From: Lingula anatina
Lineage: Eukaryota > Animalia > Brachiopoda
DNA length: 64,000 nt
Reading direction: 5' to 3'
Assembly (NCBI GenBank): GCA_051362555.1
Contig: CM120641.1
Span: forward strand, 38,756,401-38,820,400
Part shown: positions 50,701 through 60,654 of the stretch, piece by piece
Position numbering within the stretch: position 1 is the stretch's first letter
Layout of the letters: every line of letters starts with the position of its first letter
The notes under the pieces: model-generated
Database searches by the model: none
What the model was told of the DNA's origin: nothing
What the model saw: the letters and a program-made list of their open reading frames with translations, nothing else
Translations under genes and position numbers: made by a program

Positions 50701-53700
50701 CATTCAATATAATTCAAAATATATTTTTTTCTAGAAATATACAAGAAGGCATGTGTCCTTACACTGCTTATCTCCTCAGCAATGCTCTGTTGTATACTTG
50801 CATGCAACTCCATACTTTGCCTTAGTTTCTGATAAGAAAAAAAAACATACAAAATGAACAGGTTTTTGTTGTTGTTGTTGTGTGAATGCACATCAGTGCA
50901 TGCAAGTGTGTATATATGTGTATGTGTGTGAAAATTTTACAATAAATTAGTTAAAAGAATAAATATCTGTTTAAAATGTAAACTACAAGCTTTAAATGCT
51001 GAAGAAAACTGCTAACCCTGATTGATTTTCTCATGCAACAACATTCTTTATGGATTTTGTTCCAATACCACCACTTATCCCTTCAAATTAGTAAACCATG
51101 GATACCTTCACGTCATCCATACTAAGCATGAGGTGTTCACTAATTTCATCCTCATCTTCCTCTTCTTCTTCTTTCTTTGCTGCAGTTTTGTCTTCAGAAT
51201 TTCCCATTCCCTGGTCAAACTTGGAAGCATCTATTTCCAAGTCACTACTGTCCTCTCCACTGTGGCTGTCCACAAATCTGCTCATGTGCCTGGTTAGCTG
51301 CACAGATATGGATTAAGTGCTCATCACTATCAATATTGCATGATGATGAGTTATGAGGGTGTCAAAACCCATGATAAAGGTAAAGAGAAACACTTAGCTG
51401 AAACTCCCACTTAAACATGTTAGTGTGGCAGCAATGATTTATCAATATGACAGGTTGCATTGATTTCTCTAGCCAAAACCATGCAATATCAATTTCAGCT
51501 CTGGTGCCTATTAATATTCCATTCTGAACACTTCCCAAGTGATTTAAATCAATTCCATGGAAATGTCTGACTTAAAAATCGCTGACTAGATTCAAACACC
51601 TCCACTGAATATAGACCTATACATTTTGTAAGGACACTTACTGCAAACATTAACTTGAAACATTCATGTAAAAATCAGGGTAATTTGTTCTGGATGTACA
51701 ATATCATAAGAATGTGTGGATATCAAAAATCTATATTTTGTACAGCAATGAGACCTTCACCAAATATTAATCAAGTGTTAGTTACTTACTTCCTCATGTT
51801 CATCTTCACTATCAATTCCATCATCAGATTCATTACTTAATTCTTCCTCCTCAAAGTCATCTTCATAGTTTCCTGTCAATAATTCTAGAAATAAAATTCT
51901 TTAAAATGCAAACTTGGTAAAATTTGCAGAAATTTATCAATAAAAAATAAGTTAATTCTAGAGAAAATAATGGACCAAGCAAAAATTATGCAAATATTAT
52001 ACTAAAAGTGTGTACCAAAAAGTGACGTGACTGAAATGTTCCATTTGTTTTCTTGAATAACCGCATTGTTAGGAAAACTACAGCATATTATCATAAATTG
52101 CCACAGTGACAAATACAAAGGGTATGTCTGGTGAGGAATGCGCTCCTCTTGAACATCTCAGTTCCCACAGGGTGCAATACAATAACTTTGTAACAGAGTA
52201 CTAGCGGACCCTGTGGTCAGAGAATATGACAATGAGTCAATGATAAATTGAATTTGACACTAGACTCACCAGGTGCTTTAATCTTCATTTTGTCCCCTCC
52301 ACTTGTCTTTATCTGAACTGACCCTGCCAGCCAATTTTTCCTGTGCACCTTACTGGGAGCTGTCTGTGCCCTCTTCTCTTTCTCACTCTGTTCCTGCTCC
52401 AATCGTTCTAATTCTGCAAGATCATGCATATCTAGGTTTCTCTTTTTGGCAATATCTAAAAAATTATTTATTGACTATTAGTCATTACTGTATAAATGTA
52501 GTTTATATAGGTACTAGTATATACATGTATTATCCATAATTGCAAGAGTATTATTTTAACCATGTTGAAAAAAAGCTTTTACACTACATGTTCAAATACA
52601 TAATACTTATTCAATTCCACAACTTACCCCCTGCTGTCTTAGGCTTAGGAGTGGGTTTGATAGTCCTGGGGCTGGGGGTAATGGCCTTCCCTCCCATCCT
52701 GGACCTAGCACCTGTATTAGCTCCATTCACATACAGTGAGAACCCTTGCTCTTTCCTCTCAAGTTCAATTTCTTTATTATTTTTCTTCTTCAGTTTTTTC
52801 ACCAATCTGTTTGAAGGAAAGAAGAAAAATAAATTAACTTATATGACTGGATTCATTTGTCTCTTGACACTAACAAGTTAGATTGAATGAAAGCATCCTC
52901 TAACAATAGGCTCAAGTGGTAACATTTACTTACCTATTTCTCTGTTGAAGTAATAGCAAGTATTCTTCATAGCCTGCTGGTACCTCTTCCTTTACTGCTT
53001 TAACCTGTAACAAGATTTGATAAGCTAGATGGACCACAAAATACACCTAACAAAAAGAACACCACCACTGCAACTACTGTATAATTCAAAAATTTTACCT
53101 GACAACAGAATATCTAAGTACTTTAGGAAAAATGTGTTTTCTGCTTACAGTTAATGTTGAAATATATATCTAAATTACTAAATAAATCTACGAATGAAAA
53201 ATAAAAAACCCGCTGATAGAAAGAATGACAGTTGCACAGCACAAAACAGACATGACCACATACTTTTTCATCTTCACTGACTATGTGAGCTTTGGCATAC
53301 CCTCCTTGGCCCCATTGCTTTCTCCCTCCTTCAATATAAGATAAAAAAGATAAATCAAACTTAATCAATGGTTGTCTTTCACAAACCCAGGCTCTCTGAT
53401 ATCACTTACTAGTAAGTTAAGCTTTACCCCAGTATGTAACGTCACTTACAGACGGTGTGCAGAACTGGTAGCACTGCTGCACACAGATTGAATAAAAAGA
53501 CTAAAGCATTACCAAACTGGATCATGGACCAATACCAAACTTGACAAGGCAATAAAAAGATAAATATAGGAAAGCTACTACATACTAAAAGGCGTAGTAT
53601 ATATGAGTTAAGTTAAATATTGCAAAAGGATCGATGAAAGATGTACGACATGTACGACGCTCAATCAGCTGTCAAAACTGGAAAACTTGGAGAATAGACA

Positions 53701-53771
53701 GACTGTAGACATAGAAACTGTAAGAAGATGGGGTTGTTGGCCAGGCCAGGTAAATGCAACTTACTTTCCAT
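34388..53771 (-). CDS. KATNIP: Katanin-interacting protein (KIAA0556; DUF4457 repeats), >30 exons
   Basis: Start exons 53765-53771, 53264-53328, 52934-53004, 52628-52806 give [43 protein letters not shown]. Repeated domains: [16 protein letters not shown] (48090-48302), [32 protein letters not shown] (~42912-43055), [94 protein letters not shown]. Ends [15 protein letters not shown] (TGA 34388-34390). The start assignment is less certain than the body. Confidence 0.93.
35280..35362 (-). mobile_element. Old, diverged HINE-family head remnant
   Basis: GACAGAAGCAGGCGATGACAATACTATGCACAGACATCTTACTGTGTCTGCAGA aligns to the family head GACAGACGCAGGTGATGGCAATATGTACAGACACATCTGTGTCTGTACA. Confidence 0.55.
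37265..37542 (-). other. U12-type (minor spliceosome) GT-AG intron in KATNIP
   Basis: Donor GTATCCTTT at 37542-37534. Branch-site TCTTTAAC at 37280-37273, just before the CAG acceptor, with no long polypyrimidine tract. Splicing restores ...[17 protein letters not shown]. Confidence 0.85.
40463..41367 (+). CDS. Secreted globular C1q-domain-containing protein nested antisense in a KATNIP intron; apparent 1-nt frameshift
   Basis: Exon 1 40463-40538 is a signal peptide, [25 protein letters not shown] (phase 1). Exon 2 starts at 40932. The C1q domain [66 protein letters not shown] ends at 41367. AATAAA at ~41552. Confidence 0.85.
41664..41731. repeat. (TA)n microsatellite preceded by an A run
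   Basis: Perfect TA run. Confidence 0.97.
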
Positions 53772-53956
53772 GGTAATCTCTCCAGGAAAATATCACAATT
53801 CACGTAACTTCATTCTCTAGCTTAACGATCAATCAAACATAAACATTGCTGAACGTGCAGGAAGTATTCAACATGGCGAGAATTGACCTACTGCGCAACC
53901 GCAAGTAAACTTCCTGTTTGTAAGCGTGGAACGTGAAACTGAAAGCTGGGTTGCAA
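53772..53956. promoter_or_regulatory. Compact bidirectional promoter KATNIP/TSEN54
   Basis: Only 185 nt separate the divergent ATGs. Contains oppositely oriented Ets motifs CAGGAAGT (~53858) and ACTTCCTG (~53909), YY1-like CAACATGGCG (53870-53879) and TGCGCA (~53892). CpG-enriched. Confidence 0.65.
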
Positions 53957-56900
53957 ATGGCAAAGATATTAAGGTAAATTATAGAAATATGCTCAATATA
54001 ACATTGGCATGTTTTATTTACATGCATTGACAGTATGTATGACATGTGTTATCTTTGTAGTATGGGACAGAGTTCATTTGATCGAAATTGAATTCAGATG
54101 GCAATGTTATAACTCATAAGTTATTTGCATGTTTTAATTTTTTTATTGTTGGTATTTTATTGCACTTGCAGTGGAAAGGAACTCTCTAAATATAGAGACA
54201 GGAACACAGACTTGCCACAGAAAGGCGGACACAAAGACTATGCCCCTGACGGATCATGGCTACAAGACAAAAAACTGGAGAAAATTTTTTTAGAAAGACG
54301 TGAAGTACTACAAGAAGAAAAAGTGGGCAGAATGTATGTATAAGATGTAGAGCAGTATATCAACAAACCTTGTGTACCATTCTTTTTTTAAGACAGCATG
54401 AGAATAAAAAAATTTATTTGTGTGTATTTAAGTTGTACTGTACCTCATTTTTTAAGTTGGATTTTATCAGATTTTGTCTGGTTCTTGGCAACAACAACAA
54501 CAATAATAAAGATTTTACAGTTATGGTGCCAACTTAAATGCACATGAACTCTCAATGTAACTAGTTGCATTTCAGTGGTGCCTTGTGTCAAGGTGAATGG
54601 AAGCCTGAAGAGAGGGTTATCGAACTGAAACAAACTGTAAGTATATTGTTGTGCATACTGTGAAATCTATGTAAAAAAAATCATAATGCACCAGACAAGA
54701 TTTATTGAAGCATTTATGCCTCACCCTATCAGCTAGTTTAACAGAAGGGATCTACTTGACTTGTCTACACCTCATATTAAAAGTAATGTTAATAATAAAA
54801 AAAATGCAAAAGAGTTCATGTTGTAGTAACATCAAATAGTCACTTTTGTGACTTAATAACACTAACAAATGATTTAAGCAAAATCTCCATTGTAGGGCAA
54901 ATTTTTTCACCACATGGGTTATGCTGAAGGTGACCACTTATGCCTCTATCCAGAGGAGGCATTGTTCCTCTTGGAAGTGGTAAGATATGGCTGCTTTTAC
55001 ACATATGCTAAAAAATAATAACCCCCAATAACTGCATTTCAATCAATAGTCAGCCTGCTATTAGTGTATAGGTCTTAAGAATATTACTTATAAACCAGTG
55101 ATAAATAAAGTATTATCTTGTTTGTATCTTGTAGTGCTCTCTAGAAGTCTACTATGCTGGTCTCCCGCTGAGTATTCAACAGGCTTATTCCATGTTTCTG
55201 TCAGAGTCCATGACCTTGGGGGAGTACCAGACGTATTCTTATTTATCCCGGCTGGGTTATATTGTCATGAGACACTCTGGACCGTGAGTATTTAAATATA
55301 TAATTTATGTCATTTACATTTTTATGTACAGACACAGATGTGTCTGTACATATTGCCATCACCTGCGTCTGTCGTCGCCGTCGTCGCTGTCGCCGTCGCC
55401 GTCGTCGCCGTGCACTTTCCTTGTAAACACGATAAGTGGAAGACAGTTTTACTTTTTGGCTTTATATTTACAGAGCTGATGAATATTCATAAAATGCAGG
55501 TCAAGTTCGAAAATCAGCATGATCGGGCCATTATTGTAGAAGTTATGCTGTTTTTTCACTTTTCAGCATATATGCAACACTGTAAACACATTTCAACAAA
55601 AACCAATAGGCCTGTTGTCATGAAACTCACAGGAAAAATTGATCTTACTAAAACGCAGGTCAAGTTCGAAAATCGGCATGATCGTGCCACTATTTTAGTA
55701 GTTATGCTTTTTTTTCACTTTTCAGCATATATGCAACACTGTAAACACAATATAAGAAAAACAGATAGGCCAATTGTCATTAAACTCACAGGAGTGGTCA
55801 TTCCTGCTAAAATGCAGGTTAAGTTCAAAAATCAGCATAATGGGGCCATTATTTTAGAAGTTATGCTGTTTTTTACATTTCCTTAGATTCAATTCTTAGG
55901 CATGTTAACAGTTTCATTATTTAATTAATAAGATATGTAAAAGTGTTTTTTTGACATTTCCTGCATCTTTACAACATTGTTAGTTGATTTTGTAAAAATG
56001 ATGTTAAACTTGTTATTGTTTATTGTGTAATAAAGTTTCAAAAATGGAAATAAACTCATATCATTGCAGTTTGTCAGACTGAATCATTCACTATGTTCAG
56101 AATTTCAGAACGGAAGAAATTGGACATTTAACACTGCTCTATTGATATTTTTCCCATCTCATCAATTTTCTTAGCTGGTCATATAAAAATGGCAGTAAAC
56201 TGTTAATTTTGTTTTATGTTAAAAATTGTTAAAAATGGAAATAAATCCATTTCAGAACAGTGCTGTCTTGTTTACATTTTGGCATTTTCAAGTTGTGACT
56301 TTGAAGTTCCATGGGCCTGAAGACCTTTGCTAGTCACATTTTCTGAATATCCATCATACTAATATTTTATTATTAAAAATTGATGGTTATTATGCTGTTA
56401 AAAATTATGTAATATTGCATCAAAATTTGAAAAAAAACTAATATGGGCACTGCTCCCATTGTGACCATTTAAGAAAAACCATGTCAATTACTGTTCTCAA
56501 ACAGTACAGTAAATATATATAAATGTGTCTGTACATATTGCCATCACCTGCGTCTGTCGTCGCCATCATCGCCGACGCCGGCGCCTTGCACTTTCATTGT
56601 AAACATGATAAGTGGAAGGCAGTTTTACTTTTGGGCTTTATATTTATAGAGCTGATGAATTTTCATAAAATGCAGGTCAAGTTCGAAAATCAGGATGATC
56701 GGGCCATTATTGTAGAAGTTATGCTTTTTTTTCACTTTTCAACATATATGCAGCACTGTAAACACATTTCAAGGAAAACCGATAGGCCTGTTGTCATGAA
56801 ACTCTCAGGAGTAATCGATCTTACTAAAACGCAGGTCAAGTTCGAAAATCGACATGCAGCCTGAGTTGGAAAAGCAGTCTAATTGGCTTCTTTTTCTGGG

Positions 56901-59427
56901 CCTGAAGCCTTATGCTTGTTACACATTTAACTTACGTTGGTATTACCTGTTGAGCATAATTAAAATTTGATGTTGAATTTGCAGTTTAACATAATGTACT
57001 TTTGCATCAGAATTGACAGTAGCCTTTTTTGTTATTTCCTGCTTTTTGTCTGTACATTTGACAGCTTTGCTGCCTTGTATTATTGAATGTTTGTCTATGA
57101 GTTTGTGTTTGTGTATGTGTGTGCGTGTGTATGTGTGTTTATACATGTGTATTATCATGCATGTATGTGCCTTTATTCCAGTGATATTGTTATTTAATGG
57201 CCACCTTTGGATTAAAGGGATAATAACTCTTCGTATGAGATCTATATTTCACAATAAAAAGATTGTGAATAACTCATAGAAATATAATATATTCTGTTTT
57301 ACCACAAAAACGACAGTTATAGCTATTATTCTGATATCTGAGCTTGTCTTTAGACCACGTGGCCTCCATTGATGGCTATACTCAACAAAAAAACAAACTT
57401 TTTAGGAAAAAAACAGGGACTAACTTTGAATGTAAAAATGGATTCATTAACCATTGGTAAGTATGGGAAAATTGTTGTTTTCTCCAGGAAAATTCATTTT
57501 TTGGCCGAAACGAAGGGTTATTATCCCTTTAACAAATGATACAAAATAAACATTTGGACGATCATTTATTCCCAGGTCTTCTGTGACAGCATATGAAAGG
57601 CAGATCAGATTGGATCAGCACATTAGTGACATTTCATACAGCAAAAAGAGAAAAAATATGGATGATGCAGGGAATACGGCTTCAAAATTAAGCAAAACTG
57701 AAGAAAGTTTTAATGCACAGAGTAGTGAGATGTGTGACAAAATCCCTGATCAGACATCTGATGCCACTCATAATGATATGCCAATTGCTTCTACTGATAA
57801 AACAGAAAAGTTGGCTGGTTCGCTTCCAAAAAAATCTGTACAACACTTCCTTCCATATACGATGTGGAACTTTGATGAAATCAACTTCCCAGATATTGGA
57901 AGAAAGGATTTGCAAACACATACATTGCAAATGATGCCTCCTCGAAAAAATTTACTCCCATCTGGTGTGAAAATAAATCCAAATTCATGCATGGTAGATG
58001 TGCGTAAGTTACATTCCTCTGGTGAAAATGCCACAGGTGGCAATGATGAAGATGATGATGGTGATGACAGTCATATTTATACAACAAATAACCTAACATA
58101 TTCCCTGATGAATGCCTCAGTCATGAAGGCACAGGTGAAAGCTAAAAACTGGAGTGAATACAAGGCAGAGTGCAGGAAAATGGTCACAGATTTCAGGGTT
58201 GAGCAGTCTCCAGTTGGGGTGCTGTGGCAGGGAGAGGTCACCCCATTGGTTACACCTGACATGGCTACTTGTACAGGTGAGTACGTATGTCCAGCTGGAA
58301 ACTTGAAACAATGAGCTTCAGTTTGATGCCCTATACGTATAGTATATTCCATCAAAAGCCTATGAAAATAGATTTTAAAATCTTTTTAATAAAGTTACTT
58401 TAAGATGCAGAATTCTTTCATTTGGGCTCAGTGCCTATATATAACTTTTGTACAGCTGATGCTTTCTTGGCATTATTGGATGCAGTCACTTTACAAAATG
58501 ATGTGATCAATTTTTTTTTTACCACATAGTTGCCTTTTCATAAATTGATGGGGGGGGGGGGGGGGGGGGGCAACTTACCCCAGGGTCCAACTAGCATGGT
58601 CTCCCCTATCATATGAAAAGACAATAAAGAAACATTTTGGTGTACTTATAAAACTAGCATATAAAGACAAAGAAATATATATGATTATTTATGTTTTTCA
58701 TAGGTAATTTACTAGAGCATCTTCAAGTTATTGAAAATATCCACCAAAATAAGAAGAAAGAGTAAGTTATTTTTATATATTAGCAAGAAAAACAAGTAAA
58801 TCAATAGTTTGCTTTAAGAAAGAAAAGTTTTTTTTTACAAGTTAATATCATTGGCTTAAAATTGTGTTCACAATTTAATATTCTGCATAAATTTTCTTTT
58901 ATTTATGCTTCATCGTAATTGCATGTTTCAGAAAAATATCTGTAGTTACTGGGAGCAGAAAAATAAGTTTTGATGTATTTAAACCAGACTCCAACTTTAA
59001 AAAGTCCCAGCCAGGTCTTCCAGATCATAGGATATGCGTAATTAGGTAGGAAGAGTTTTATTATATTATTTATTTAACTTGTACATTTCAGTAAACGGGT
59101 AGATAGCAATTCTGATTTTTGTCTTCAGGTGCAGTGTACTCTTTGGGTTGATTTAAAGTCTAGACTAGAGAAGAGAGTATTTAAAATGTTCATATCCATA
59201 CATTGCAGTTACATTACAGAAAACTTAGATTTAAAAGAACAACTATTTTGGCAAATGTCTAACATTTCAGCTCATCAGAAAAACCTCCAGACCTTGGTCA
59301 GTTGATTGGGTTACAGAAGCAATGCAGTGATGGTGTACCACTTCACTGGTCTGTGGTAGACCATGGAGATATAGCCTTCTATAAATATTGCTATACTTCC
59401 TTACCTGTTGATGTGACCATGGGCTAA
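53957..59427 (+). CDS. TSEN54: tRNA-splicing endonuclease subunit Sen54
   Basis: Exons 53957-53973, 54172-54333, 54576-54636, 54896-54979, 55135-55283, 57576-58276, 58704-58761, 58932-59045, 59271-59427, phase-consistent. Motifs KDYAPDGSWLQ, GEWKPEE, GKFFHHMG..LYPEEALFLLE, LPLSIQQAY..EYQTYSYLSRLGYIV, YERQIRLD, LWQGEVTPLV, FDVFKPD.NFKKSQPG, VVDHGDIAFY..LPVDV. Confidence 0.93.
55319..57078 (+). mobile_element. HINE copy F (near-identical sister of B2)
   Basis: Same composite structure as 10510-12318, including the second head at ~56523. Lies in TSEN54 intron 5. Confidence 0.85.
57212..57532 (+). mobile_element. TTAA-flanked TIR MITE (Kolobok-like)
   Basis: TTAA-AGGGATAATAAC ... GTTATTATCCCT-TTAA: perfect 12-bp TIR with a TTAA target duplication. 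Confidence 0.8.
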
Positions 59428-59501
59428 TATTTTGAGTGGCCACAATTTTCTGGACTGCAGAGGTGTGTCTTTGAGGAACATCTGTCCTTGTTCACTTTAT
59501 G

Positions 59502-59874
59502 TTAAAAGGATAACAACATTTTGGCCAAAAAATGAATTTTCCTGGGGTAAATGACAAATTTCCCATACAAGTTTACCAATGGTTAATGAATGCATCTCTA
59601 CAGAGCTAGTTCCTGTTTTGTTTTTTTGTTTTTTTCTAAAAAGATTGTTTTTTTTTTGTAATAATCTCTTAAGAGATAATGATCTCTTAAGAGATAATTA
59701 CAGAGTTTAGCTATTTATGGAGGTCACATAGTCTGATGACAAGCACCAATTTCAGAATAATTGCTATAAATGCCGTTTTTGGGGTAAAATAGAATATATT
59801 ATATTTCTATGAATTGTTTACAATTTATTTATTGTGAAATATAAATTTCATATGAAAAGGTGTAAGCCCTTTAA
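59502..59874 (-). mobile_element. Diverged inverted copy of the 57212-57532 MITE in the probable TSEN54 3' UTR
   Basis: TTAA flanks. TTGGCCAAAAAATGAATTTTCCTGG, CCAATGGTTAATGAAT and ATATATTATATTTCTATGA are reverse complements of segments in 57212-57532. Upstream of AATAAA at ~59969. Confidence 0.72.
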
Positions 59875-60654
59875 TTATGAAAAAAGATGTTTGATAATGA
59901 ATGCAGCAGTACTCTGACATGTTATACCAATGCCTAAATATGTTTTACTATTTGATATCATTAATTTAAATAAAACTGATTTACTTAGTTTTCTTGAATG
60001 TAGTCTTTTCCTTTGTTTTGTTCATCAAATTTTTAAAGAAAAAATAAAACCATTAGACTTATTCATAGTTATTTTTGATATTCACCAAGACTGATATGTT
60101 GACGAAAAAAAAGTAAAACTGATAATTTTTTTAAGGAATGAAATCATGTCATCAATTTTGCACCTCAAATGATGGTTTACAGTTAATAAAGTACATTATG
60201 CACTTTTTAGCTGTTAAAACAGCATAATTTGATAATTATTAAGTTGATAGAATTTAAACAACTTAAAGCAAAATACAAATGATGCGGAAATAAATAAAAA
60301 TCTAGAATTTTTTGATGGTATGTGAGTGGAAAAGGTGTGCTGCCTTTGAGTGCGTCAGTTGTGGTAAATGTTTTGCTGTGAAGAACACAGTGCACCTAGC
60401 ACAATTATATGCAAAGGGTCAGTGCCAAAGCGGTGATGTTTTGTACCAATCAAAACTATTCCAATTAAGTTTAGACAAAAATAAAAATACATCACTTATA
60501 TTTATAATAAAAATAAAATCATTAATTTCAGTATAAATTGATTTTCAAAAAAATTAATGTGATTTTATCAACATGGCATTATTCAGTGCGAGGCTGCTTC
60601 TGTTACATGTGCAGTCTGGGGGTTTGGGTCACGTTGTAAAATATAAGTAGTAAA

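Noticed and set aside
50829-51105. KATNIP intron with donor GTATCCATGG, U12-like
   Set aside because: It deviates from GTATCCTT at +7/+8, and the acceptor has a normal polypyrimidine tract with no CCTTAAC branch site. Probably U2-type.
57576-58276. Long low-complexity TSEN54 exon as a possible novel inserted domain
   Set aside because: Vertebrate TSEN54 also has a long, poorly conserved region between YERQ.LD and LW.G.V.PL, so this is not unusual.
58550-58570. Poly-G tracts (also 19137-19149) as G-quadruplex elements
   Set aside because: Simple homopolymers of uncertain assembled length with no contextual support.
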